Notes under the pieces: model-generated
Told to the model about the DNA's origin: nothing
What the model saw: the letters and a program-made list of their open reading frames with translations, nothing else
Databases searched by the model: none
Made by a program: the position numbers and the translations under genes
In this document: piece after piece, positions 10,169-19,666 of the stretch
How positions within the stretch are numbered: position 1 is the stretch's first letter
Layout: each line of letters opens with the position of its first letter
Assembly: GCA_016179955.1 (NCBI GenBank)
Contig: JACPCD010000007.1
Coordinates: 5,907-69,906, forward strand
Length of the DNA: 64,000 bases
From: Candidatus Woesearchaeota archaeon
GTDB lineage: Archaea > Nanobdellota > Nanobdellia > Woesearchaeales > GW2011-AR9
Direction: 5' to 3'

Positions 10169-10246
10169 ATAAATGTGTTGTGAATAATTTTCTTACCCGT
10201 ACTTCCACCTGGCAAATTCGGGGGAAGAACACCTATGAAAATATTC

Positions 10247-10444
10247 TCAAATATTCCCAGCTAATTTAAATTGTCTAACAAGTTGTTGGACTTTTTCATC
10301 CTTCATCGAATAGTGGATATCCCATTGACGAATATTGAAAATATTTTCTCTGGAGAAGTCCGCTATCATGCCAATGGAGTGTTTTTCTTTCCTGACCAGC
10401 ATACGGTGGCTGCACTCACGAGATGTAATGTTCAGGATCTTCAC
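10247..10444 (-). CDS. Short hypothetical ORF coupled to herA, possibly internally deleted
   Basis: GTGA start/stop overlap with herA. Confidence 0.4.
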   Translation of the reverse strand: MKILNITSRECSHRMLVRKEKHSIGMIADFSRENIFNIRQWDIHYSMKDEKVQQLVRQFKLAGNI

Positions 10445-11890
10445 TGAAACCCAACATAACTCCGCTGCACTGTTTCATTCTTCTGCTGCTTCACAAACTC
10501 CTGGAACAACGGAATCTTAACTGGCACCGCAAACTTCGTAAACGTAGACGTTACCAACGCTTCTCCAATATCCAACGACGCAATAGTACGATTATCCTGG
10601 CTTAGATCCTGCGGCGAGCTTTCGATGACTGCCTGCCGTTCGGAATTCATCTCAATTCCTAAAATAATCTTGGTGTTTATGTTCGCCAGAATATTCTTCG
10701 GTATTTCCGAAGGAAGCTGGGTGATGGCAATCAATCCCACTTTAAATTTCCGCCCCTCTCGGGCAATACTCTCAAAAATGTTGCTGCCCTGCTCCAATAC
10801 TTTGGTGCCTAAAACCCGGGGCGCTTCTTCCAAAACGATAGAGATGACAGGCCTATCATCCAGCTGCCCCTGTTTCTTGTAGAACTTATATCTCTCAAAT
10901 ATTTCGGTGGTGATGATGCTCCCGATAAGTATTTCTATAGCCCCGGAAAAATAACTGGTGTCAATAATAACTATCTTCCCCTGCTCCAGTTCCCGGCAGA
11001 TGTCATTAATCGTACTTTCTCCGGCAATGGTGTCAAAGATGCCTTGAGCTGACAACTGTCCATCATGAAAATCCAATCCTAACAGCGAAATAAGTTTTCG
11101 CTTCACCACCGCAATGGTGTCTTCATGAAATTGTACATTTTGGATTTTTTCTTCATTGAGCAGGTGATAAATCCAGTTTTCACCAAATTTCTTATGATAG
11201 ACGTAAAGGCATTGCCGCTGCGGATCAGATAAAGAGATGGCTCCCTGAAAATGTTCCGGCTTGATTTTGGAAATATTGATCTTTAAAGAGGAAGCTCCCG
11301 GCGGCGGATTGACCGGGGTATAATATCGTATCTTGTCTTTGCGCGGATGGTCTTTAAGCCCTTTCCCATTTCGCCCATAATATTCATCATGAGGATCGAG
11401 AACCAGCATACCGGCATATTCTTTTCCCGCCACATCCCATAAGATGCAGGACATCAGGTTTGATTTTCCTTTGCCGGTACTCGCGGGAATCAACACGTGG
11501 TGGCTGAAGACTTCTTTGCCGGGCAGGAAGATGTCAAAATCTAATTCTTTACTGCCGCTGCGCAGCTGGCCCAGATAGAAAGGGGTGGAAGGAGTGGTAA
11601 TAAACGACAAATCTTCCCGAGAAATTTCTCGAACTTGGGAGAAAAAAGCCGGAAGTTTCTTGCAGGTCTTGCTGTTTTTGCCAACGGTGAGTACCGGCTT
11701 AAGAAAGGCCAGCTGATAATTCCGCAGGGACTCGTCCATGATGGCAAAACTTCCTTCTTCCAGATTCATCCCTGCCACCATCTCTAAATTTTGCTCTGAG
11801 ATTTGGCTGCCGTACAGTAAATCGTACACCTGCAGAATGAATTTCTCGTGGGGATGATCGATGACCATCAACTCTTTGCCCTTTGAGCAT
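10441..11890 (-). CDS. herA: HerA/FtsK-family ATPase (DUF87); 5' end frameshifted by an apparent deletion
   Basis: [36 protein letters not shown]; likely true start MLKGQ at 11890 is in another frame. Confidence 0.85.
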
Positions 11891-11965
11891 ACTGGAGCAG
11901 AGTCCGGCTGGTTTTTAATGATTTGTATTCTCAAGAAACAGATTGACAAAAAATAAATTTCAAAA

Positions 11966-12763
11966 TTATTCGAAAGGCCGTAGTACGGGGGATTGGGCAA
12001 CGTTGCCGAAAAAGTCTTCTGCTTCTAGCCCATACCGATGGTTAGGCTGTGCGGGATGATCAACTTTAAAATAAATAACGGTGGTCGGAGATTGTTGGCC
12101 GGCAGAAGGTCTCTCTGATTGTATTACAGTTGAAGCAGATCGATCATACAGGCGCACTTCTTTAATGCCGGTATTATCTTCGACTATGGCACCAAAACTT
12201 GAAATATATGGTAGGTAGCCGAAACCATTTATGGTCGGCCTTACCGTATCGTGTGCGAGATCCCCCCGAAAGCTAAAACCGTCCCGGAAAGATACTGGTA
12301 TAGGGTTGGATTCAGTTTTGTTTCCTGCCATATCGTACGCAATGGCATGGTAGGTGAAATCTCCTTCAGTATGGGTAAGAAATATTGACTCCGAAACGCG
12401 CTCGCGATAACTTCGCAAATGACGAAAAGTCCTAACTAGGGTGCCATTTTCATAGAGTTCAACTTTCTTTAAACCATCATTGTTGGAACCAGCTTCGATT
12501 TCATCGACTACCTCAAGCCCTTCTCTTATTTTTATTCTGTGAGAACATCCCGAGTAGAAAGAGTCAACTGCAGAAAGGTCAAGATTATATTCTCCTCTTC
12601 GTTGAAAATTAGACATGCGTAACTCAACACACGGAGGAGTGGTATCTTTCGCACTATCCGTTTTACCAGAACAAGAAGCTAGCCCGCTAGCAACTGCCGC
12701 GGCTGCCGCCATCCTGCCTATTGGCGTACGCCAAAGAGCTTGAACCAGTGTCGTAAGATTCAT
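11966..12763 (-). CDS. Secreted/lipoprotein-like protein with Ig-like beta repeats
   Basis: Hydrophobic stretch plus LASC; two similar units (DGLKKVELY...AYDMAGN; [11 protein letters not shown]...AEDFFGN). Confidence 0.6.
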   Translation of the reverse strand: MNLTTLVQALWRTPIGRMAAAAAVASGLASCSGKTDSAKDTTPPCVELRMSNFQRRGEYNLDLSAVDSFYSGCSHRIKIREGLEVVDEIEAGSNNDGLKKVELYENGTLVRTFRHLRSYRERVSESIFLTHTEGDFTYHAIAYDMAGNKTESNPIPVSFRDGFSFRGDLAHDTVRPTINGFGYLPYISSFGAIVEDNTGIKEVRLYDRSASTVIQSERPSAGQQSPTTVIYFKVDHPAQPNHRYGLEAEDFFGNVAQSPVLRPFE

Positions 12764-12871
12764 GATACAGGCAAGAATCTCTCTCTCTCTCTTTATAAAT
12801 TTTTCCTTACTTTCGAGTAGAAATTATTAAAAGCAAAATATTTATAAATCACCCCCCTTCTTGAATCCGTT

Positions 12872-13126
12872 ATGGAAGCTATCGTCGTGCATTTCCGGCA
12901 AGGGAGACATCATCAGAATACGAAACAGATGGTGCTTAAAGTAGCGGATACGGCTGTGGAAGCTCAAAAAGTTGTGGGCAAGACTGCTACTTGGACTTCT
13001 CCCGGCGGCAAAACCATTAGCGGGAAGATTTCCGCTTTACACGGCCGCAAGGGGAATGTAAGAGTCATTTTTGCCGAGAAAGGGCTACCCGGGCAAGCCT
13101 TAGGGCAGAAAGTAAAGATTCAATGA
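12872..13126 (+). CDS. rpl35ae: 50S ribosomal protein L35Ae
   Basis: GKISALHGRKGNVRVIF..GLPGQALG. Confidence 0.9.
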   Translation: MEAIVVHFRQGRHHQNTKQMVLKVADTAVEAQKVVGKTATWTSPGGKTISGKISALHGRKGNVRVIFAEKGLPGQALGQKVKIQ

Positions 13127-13129
13127 ATT

Positions 13130-13270
13130 CTATCGCGTCCCATACAGCAGATACAATAGAACCAATAATACTACAATAAGAGCAAATCCTAATTTATCAT
13201 TTTTCTTATAAAAAGAATAGACAATAGATGCCGCTACCAGCCCTATTCCAATAAGTTCGACACCGACCAT
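13130..13270 (-). CDS. Small 2-TM membrane protein (46 aa)
   Basis: MVGVELIGIGLVAASIVYSFYKK...; AGGTGA RBS. Confidence 0.55.
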   Translation of the reverse strand: MVGVELIGIGLVAASIVYSFYKKNDKLGFALIVVLLVLLYLLYGTR

Positions 13271-13272
13271 TT

Positions 13273-13428
13273 TTATTCACCTAAGGCAATGACGATGGTG
13301 CCTATCCCTATCAATATTGTGCCCAGCCGAGTTTGATCAAAAGCCATGATTAAAAAACCAGCAGCACCGACGACCGCACCAACTATTTTGATAATAAAGC
13401 GATAATTAACTTCTCCTTCTTGATTCAT
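13273..13428 (-). CDS. Small 2-TM membrane protein (51 aa)
   Basis: MNQEGEVNYRFIIKIVGAVVGAAGFL...; TTTAAATA upstream. Confidence 0.55.
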   Translation of the reverse strand: MNQEGEVNYRFIIKIVGAVVGAAGFLIMAFDQTRLGTILIGIGTIVIALGE

Positions 13429-13479
13429 TTTTTGAAGCAATATTCTATTTTATTTAAATCTTGCCACCCCGTTAAGTGA

Positions 13480-14130
13480 TTATTCTCTAGCATTTGCTTG
13501 CTGCACCGCTGCCCTTTCCGTGGAATGCTCTACGAAATTATCCATTTCCTGAAGAATAAAACCACATACTCCCCGAATGCCCTGACTTCCTTTCACTGCG
13601 TCTTTGATTTCCCTGATTCTGGCATCCCAGTCCGTAGCAGTGGGCAGAGGCAGTTCAATATGCTCTGCTTGCGTTAAAGCAGCACCACATTCCGCATATA
13701 ACTGGTCAAAGAATTTATAGATTTCTCCTGATTCCTGCCGGCGATTGCTGCGCAGATACCGTAATCCTAAATCCAGATGGTGGCGTAGCCGTCGCAAGTC
13801 CTCTTTCGCATCACGAACGGCATCTTTCCGCACTTTTTGGCTGAGCGACTTGAGCAGTTCATCACACTCTTCGATGGCCTGAACAAAAGTAGCTTTTGGA
13901 TGACGCACCGATTCCCGGCGCTTGGAACGAGTATGTTTCTCACCGATAGTTTTCCATAATTCTCGCGCATTCTTCTGCCGCTCCTGCTCTGCTGCCTCCC
14001 GCTCTTCTTTGGTGGGTGGAGCAACCATAAAGAACCTAATAACGTAATAAACAATCATAATAGTAACGATAGCAATAGCATAATCGGCAAAATCGTTCAC
14101 GCTTTGGCTGACAATGGAATTGATGGCCAT
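13480..14130 (-). CDS. Single-TM helical/coiled-coil protein
   Basis: N-terminal TM then charged helical region; start overlaps upstream stop. Confidence 0.7.
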   Translation of the reverse strand: MAINSIVSQSVNDFADYAIAIVTIMIVYYVIRFFMVAPPTKEEREAAEQERQKNARELWKTIGEKHTRSKRRESVRHPKATFVQAIEECDELLKSLSQKVRKDAVRDAKEDLRRLRHHLDLGLRYLRSNRRQESGEIYKFFDQLYAECGAALTQAEHIELPLPTATDWDARIREIKDAVKGSQGIRGVCGFILQEMDNFVEHSTERAAVQQANARE

Positions 14131-14651
14131 CAGGCAATCCTCCCCACGTGATATTTAACGGCAGTTAAGATCCACAGCAGCAATAAGCAGAGGATTATTT
14201 TCAATGTCACCGTGGCCTTCGTTTCTTTTCCCGGGCCGGGAAACTTCCACAGCAGGAACGCTAACCCTACCACCGGTCCTCCGATGAGGATCAGCGCAAT
14301 GGCCGTGGCCCAACTCGTGCCAGTAGCAAGTAATACATCAGCAGGCATAAAGATTGCCGCAATCGTGGCAATGACTGCCGCTACCACTCCTGCTTGGCCC
14401 CGGTTAAGGAATCCTAAGGCATTGTCCGCCTTTTTCCCGAAACTGGTGATAACTGCAAAGAAGACCGTAAAGATAAGTATCCATATCAGCAGCCGGGTAA
14501 AGGCGACGACCGCTGCCTCAGCCCCGATGTTCAAGAACCCTAGACCGCCAATATACAAAATTTTCTGCCACACATCACCCAGCAGAGTGCCGGCAGCTAA
14601 TACGGAAGGCAGAGCTAACAGTATCCCCAATAACACCCACGTCTTTTTCAT
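14130..14651 (-). CDS. Membrane protein, paralog of 15430-15945
   Basis: Shared motifs FTRLLIWILIF/FVRIAIAVLIF, AIFMP/AVFIP, LIGGP/IIGGP. Confidence 0.75.
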   Translation of the reverse strand: MKKTWVLLGILLALPSVLAAGTLLGDVWQKILYIGGLGFLNIGAEAAVVAFTRLLIWILIFTVFFAVITSFGKKADNALGFLNRGQAGVVAAVIATIAAIFMPADVLLATGTSWATAIALILIGGPVVGLAFLLWKFPGPGKETKATVTLKIILCLLLLWILTAVKYHVGRIA

Positions 14652-14798
14652 TAAAGCAAAAGAATATCGGAATGGTTTATAAGATTTTTGGGTGGAGGTC
14701 TGAGAGTATAGCATAAACCATTGCCCCAGACTAGCTCCTCCAATCTTCAATGGGGGGTTTTAAGTAAAGTATATCTCCACAAAAAGAACTAAAAAAAC

Positions 14799-15419
14799 TT
14801 ACAACTTCATCAGCTTCTGATGTTCTGCCACTAAGTCCTGCTCAGCTTCGATGGCCTCATCTAAGATTCTATTTAACTGCCTTTTCTTCTCGGGAAAGGA
14901 GATGCCCCCCTTTCGAGAAAGCACCGTGTCAAACTCTTTTATCTTTTTGACGATGGTGTTGTTGAATATTTCCATTTCTTTGAGTATTTCCTCGGCTTTA
15001 GCTTTTTTCTCATCGGTAACATTAGTATCATCTTTAACCGCTTTCTGCAGCTTGCTAAACCGGCGGAAGGCCCGGCTTTCCTGCCGCTTCGCTTTCCGCT
15101 CACTGGAGCCAACAGCTTTCTTTAAGGCCGCATCATCTTTTATGCCTGCATCATTTATTTCTTTTTTTAATTCTTCCAGATCGACAAACTCGCCCAACAC
15201 GATATTTTTAAACTTCTTGCTGGCTTTATACGCTTTGCTTCCTTTTTCCCATAAGGCTCTTCCAGTCTTAGAGCCGATGCCCCAGGCGTCTTTATGGGAG
15301 GTTCCTTCCGTGCCACCTTTAAAGATAAGCCATAGGAAATAGATAGCTGCTCCTACTAAAATCAAGTGAGACCACGAAACGATGATGTTGACCCAATATT
15401 GAAGTTCTACTAAACCCAT
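14799..15419 (-). CDS. Single-TM coiled-coil protein
   Basis: N-terminal TM then Lys/Glu-rich helices. Confidence 0.7.
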   Translation of the reverse strand: MGLVELQYWVNIIVSWSHLILVGAAIYFLWLIFKGGTEGTSHKDAWGIGSKTGRALWEKGSKAYKASKKFKNIVLGEFVDLEELKKEINDAGIKDDAALKKAVGSSERKAKRQESRAFRRFSKLQKAVKDDTNVTDEKKAKAEEILKEMEIFNNTIVKKIKEFDTVLSRKGGISFPEKKRQLNRILDEAIEAEQDLVAEHQKLMKL

Positions 15420-15429
15420 TGTTGACCTC

Positions 15430-15945
15430 TCAGGCGATAGCTGTTAACTTGGCAGCCCAATGCCCTATTTCATTCACTAACCACATCAATAATAAGACGG
15501 CGAAAAACTTTAATGCGGCGGCAAACCTATTAAGGGTAGGAGTACCAAATACTAACCAACCCACACCTGCAATTGGACCGCCAATGATAAGGAAGGAAAA
15601 GATAACGGCATACGTTTCGCCCATCGCTGCCAAGACCGACTTGGGAATAAACACTGCTGAGATAATGGCTAAGATTATCCCCACCACGATGGCCGTATTT
15701 CGGCTCATATTAGGAATCAATGATAAACCCATATAGAGGAGAGCAAAGATAAGCACCGCAATGGCAATGCGCACAAAGCCAAAGAACTGATTGTCAGCTT
15801 GGCCGCCTAACAAAAACTTCAGGCTGCCCACGTCTAAAATGCTACTAAAAGCACTCTTGAGAGACTGTCCTGGAGTAGCTGCCAAGGCAAAAGAAGAGGT
15901 CAACAGCAACAGAACCAGCAATAACACCCAGACTGATTTAGTCAT
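15430..15945 (-). CDS. Membrane protein, paralog of 14130-14651
   Basis: Signal peptide plus ~4 TM; motifs shared with paralog. Confidence 0.75.
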   Translation of the reverse strand: MTKSVWVLLLVLLLLTSSFALAATPGQSLKSAFSSILDVGSLKFLLGGQADNQFFGFVRIAIAVLIFALLYMGLSLIPNMSRNTAIVVGIILAIISAVFIPKSVLAAMGETYAVIFSFLIIGGPIAGVGWLVFGTPTLNRFAAALKFFAVLLLMWLVNEIGHWAAKLTAIA

Positions 15946-16061
15946 TACCTGTAAACACCTCTATCATCTCAGAAAAGAATAACCATATATAAATCTTTCT
16001 TTCCTCGAAAATAGAGAACCCAAAGAAAACTTTATAAATAAACCGCCTTCTCACAGCAAGT

Positions 16062-16499
16062 ATGACCTATATTCACACCGTAGACCCGCAAATGCTGGTG
16101 CAGAAGGCTGCCGAAGAGCTGAAGAAACAAAAGTTAGTACAGCCGACGGACTGGAGCCAGTTCGTCAAGACTGGTCATCATCAGGCACGACGGCCAGACC
16201 AGGACGACTGGTGGTTTCACCGTTCTGCGGCCGTATTGAGAAGCGTCGCCAAGCTCGGCCCCATCGGCACCCAAAAGCTAAGAACCAAGTTCGGCGGCCG
16301 GAAACGCCGCGGCCACAAGCCAGAACGATTCTACAAAGCCTCGGGATCCATTATCCGGGTCATTCTCCAGCAGCTGGAAACGTCGGGATTAATCAAGTCC
16401 GCACAGAAAGGCGTGCATAAAGGCCGTATCTTAACTCCAAAAGGAATGTCCTTCTTAGACAAGATTGCGATTGGGATTGCAAAACAGCAGAAAGAGTAA
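16062..16499 (+). CDS. rps19e: 30S ribosomal protein S19e
   Basis: FVKTG, DWWFHRSAAVLR, SGSIIRVILQQLE. Confidence 0.95.
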   Translation: MTYIHTVDPQMLVQKAAEELKKQKLVQPTDWSQFVKTGHHQARRPDQDDWWFHRSAAVLRSVAKLGPIGTQKLRTKFGGRKRRGHKPERFYKASGSIIRVILQQLETSGLIKSAQKGVHKGRILTPKGMSFLDKIAIGIAKQQKE

Positions 16500-16503
16500 A
16501 AAT

Positions 16504-16677
16504 ATGGCAACGTTCAAACATCCGGCAAAAAAGAAACGGCTCATAAAATTTAGCCGACAGACTAAATGGGCCCCTTTCTGGACCGTGTTTAAGATTTATG
16601 GAAAAGGAAGAAGAGTTCATCCTTCCCGACACACCTATGTCAAGCGCTCCTGGCGCCGAGGTTCAACGAAAGCATAA
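16504..16677 (+). CDS. rpl39e: 50S ribosomal protein L39e
   Basis: KKKRL..RQTKWAPFW..RSWRR; position between S19e and L31e. Confidence 0.85.
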   Translation: MATFKHPAKKKRLIKFSRQTKWAPFWTVFKIYGKGRRVHPSRHTYVKRSWRRGSTKA

Positions 16678-17045
16678 TGGCAACGGCAAAAGAAACATTC
16701 ACTTTAGAACGAACGTATACTGTTCCCCTGCGCAAGGAATCGCAAAAGGCTCCGCGCTGGAAACGGACCCGAAAGACCGTTCGGGCATTACGGGAATTTC
16801 TGCAGAAACATATGAAAGCAGAGCATATCAAGTTGAGCAAGGAAATCAACGAAAAACTGTGGGAACATGGCCTGCGCAATCCCCCGCACCATCTCAAGGT
16901 AACGGTGAAGAAAGATGATAAAGGCGTGGTGCACGCGGAATTGTTTGGCGCCGTAAAGAAAGAAAAGCCGGCACAGAAAAAAGGAAAAGGAACGAAAGAG
17001 GCGAAAGCTCTTCCCCCGTCCGAGCCGCCGCAAGAGAAAGAATAG
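16677..17045 (+). CDS. rpl31e: 50S ribosomal protein L31e
   Basis: ERTYTVPLR, KHMK, INEKLWEHGLRNPP. Confidence 0.95.
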   Translation: MATAKETFTLERTYTVPLRKESQKAPRWKRTRKTVRALREFLQKHMKAEHIKLSKEINEKLWEHGLRNPPHHLKVTVKKDDKGVVHAELFGAVKKEKPAQKKGKGTKEAKALPPSEPPQEKE

Positions 17046-17284
17046 AAGACGTAATTCTCCGTATAACGAAAACCGCCGATTTTTCTCTAAAAGTTTTTAG
17101 ACCGGATTCTGCTCTCTTTTCAGAATGAGCAAAAAATGGCTTTTCGTTCTTAACTTCTCCAAATTTTTAAAACATTTTTTCAGGGATTATAATTCGGCTG
17201 CTAAATGATTATTTTCTGTCCTCAGAAAAAGGGGACAAGATATATAAAGAAAATCAGTTATGCAGTTTCATAATTAAAGGAATT

Positions 17285-18757
17285 ATGAAAACATTTCAAA
17301 ATTTGGAAACAGAAAAAAGCTTTTTTAGAGAAAAATGTTGTATTAGCTACGGTGACCAAAAAGTCTACTTTAATGAAATTATCCTGCCAAATCAGTTTAA
17401 GAAACTGTATTCCAAAGAGCGAATAATGCTCAGATTAAAGAAAGCGATTAACACCGCCAGCAGCCGGCCATCCTTTAACATCCCTTCTTCGTTGTGCCAA
17501 AAAAATGGGATAGAACCAGGTAAGATAGTAATTCTCCGGATAACTAACTCAAAGAAAACCTACGAAATAATAACCAAAGTTGGTGCTTGGAGGAGGATAA
17601 ATGTACCAAGAGAAGTAATCGATAGTCTTAATATTGTCCACGAGCAAAAAGTAATCATCGAGATTATTAAAGAAACAGACCACCGCAATTCAGAAAAGAA
17701 AGATTTAGTTTCATTGCTTGAACATAAAAAGAATATTAAAATGATTAATAGAGAAAACAATTATGTAACGATTTACTCCAGAAGAAAATTTCCCATAACT
17801 TTGCCAAAGAAAGTGTCATTAGAACCTGAACTCATAGAGTGTTTTTTCTTAATCCATGGAGACGGCCATTATAAAGAAAAATTATTCTTCACCAACAAAG
17901 ATATTGGGTTACATGAGTCAGTTATTGATCTATTGCAAAAGTACTTGGGCATCCCGACTTCTATATGGAAAATGAGAATAAATTTACATGAATCTTACAG
18001 AGAGAAAGAAGCTAAAAACTTCTGGTTAAATAATTTGAAATTTGATAAGCGACAATTTTATCCATCCATATCGAGAACAAAATTCAATACTTCTGCTCAA
18101 GGAAATTTGAGAATAGTAATAGATTATCCTATTGTTTCGGAGATTTTTAGAAACATCTTTATTTATATGCAACAAAATCTAAACCGAAAATCTAGCTTTT
18201 ATGCACTGAATGGCCTGTTCGCTGCGGAGGGCGGAGCACAAATAAGTGAAGTTGGACTGCATAGAATAACTTTAAGCTATAATTTTAAAGAGAAAGAAAT
18301 GTTCCAGAAAATATTAAAAAATTGTAATGTTCTTCACTTATTTAAAGATATTGAACAAGGAAATAATCACGGCATTTTTGTGTTGGAAGGCTGGGAAAAA
18401 TTATACCTTTTCTTTAAAGAGTTTGCCATTAAAAAAATTACACCATTTAACTTCCATAACGCTCGAAAACAAAGAGCCATTAATGGGATGATAGAACACT
18501 CTTTTACCAAAACGATGTGCAAATACTTAATGGCATTAAGTCAAAACAAAAAATACACTGTAAAAGAATTTTCAGAAAAACTCCAGATGAGAGAAGATTC
18601 ATGTTTATCTACATTAAGAAAAAAACAATATTCACCATTTATCAACATCAGTGGGCTAGGGATAAATAAGCAACCTTTTTCTATTTCAATAACCAAGCAA
18701 GGTCAAGAATTATTAACCATTATTTCAACTATGCGAGGTGAAAAGATGCATGAATAA
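17285..18757 (+). mobile_element. Free-standing double-motif LAGLIDADG endonuclease-like gene with AbrB-like N-terminus and HTH-like C-terminus
   Basis: FFLIHGDG..LFFTNKD and ALNGLFAAEGG motifs; two AbrB-like units (FNIPSSLC..GIEPGKIV; RINVPREV..LNIVHEQKV); visibly AT-rich; no intein splicing motifs seen. Confidence 0.7.
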
Positions 18758-19597
18758 GCAAATATTTGTAAAGAGAAAAAGTATTGGAATCTTTGGAAAA
18801 AAGCCAGAAGAAAGGACTCCAGAAGAGCTTATCCATTATGGTATTATCAACATAGACAAGCTAAAAGGCCCAACCTCCCACCAGGTTTCTGACTATGTTC
18901 AAAGGATATTAGGCATTACCAAAGCTGGCCACTCCGGGACCTTAGAGCTATAATCAAGGAAATCCTCAAGTGACTGGTGTTCAGCCTATTGCCTTAGACA
19001 GAGCTACGCGTATCACCCAGTTTCTGTTAGCCGCGCCTAAAGAATATGTTGGTATTATGCATTTACATAAAGCGGTAGAGGAAGAAAAAATAAAAGAAGC
19101 AGTCCACTCTTTTTTAGGTAAAATAATGCAGCTTCCCCCGGTGAAAAGCGCCGTGAAGCGGGTGCAGCGGGAACGAGAGATCTACGAATTTAACCTGCTG
19201 GAAATAAAAGACAAAGACGTGTTGTTCCGGGTACGATGCCAGGCTGGCACGTATATCCGAAAATTAGTCCATGATTTGGGGCAGGCATTAGGAATCGGCG
19301 CGCACATGACCGAACTTCGGCGAACCCAAGCCGGGCCCGGTAGAAAAAGCATTGAAGTATATCCCCAAATGCTGGATTCTTGACTCCACCATTCCCAGCG
19401 TCTCGCATGGGCGAGACGTGGCGATTCCCGGCATCAGCAAATTAGAGAATTTCCGAAAAGGGGAAATTGTGGCGGTAATGACTCTGAAAGAGGAATTGGT
19501 GGCTATCGGTAAGAGTATGATGTCGGCAGTAGAAATTAACACTCAGCAGAAAGGGATTGCGATTGATGTGGAGAAAGTGTTTAACCATACTACTTAA
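18750..19597 (+). CDS. cbf5: RNA-guided pseudouridine synthase Cbf5 (TruB family), in three ORF pieces: intron at 18946-18961 and a deletion/frameshift near 19337
   Basis: IDKLKGPTSHQV, GHSGTL[D]P.VTGV, KEYV, CQAGTYIRKL, ELRRT, C-terminal PUA (VAVMTLKEELVAIG). Confidence 0.9.
18946..18961 (+). other. Putative 16-nt BHB intron in cbf5 pre-mRNA
   Basis: Removal gives TTA G|AT CCT = L-D-P; central helix CCUU/AAGG, bulges AGA and AAA, outer helix GGGA/UCCU. Confidence 0.88.
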
Positions 19598-19666
19598 AAG
19601 TGATAAAATAAACGAAAAGCTTATAAACTAGTGCCCTTTCAAAGCCGTACAGGAGGATTAAAAACT

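Noticed and set aside
17285-18757. Intein within a host protein
   Set aside because: No N-terminal Cys/Ser splicing block, no C-terminal His-Asn and no flanking extein
18942-18972. Stop read-through or alternative genetic code in cbf5
   Set aside because: The downstream part is in a different frame and other genes use standard stops; the 16-nt BHB intron explains it exactly
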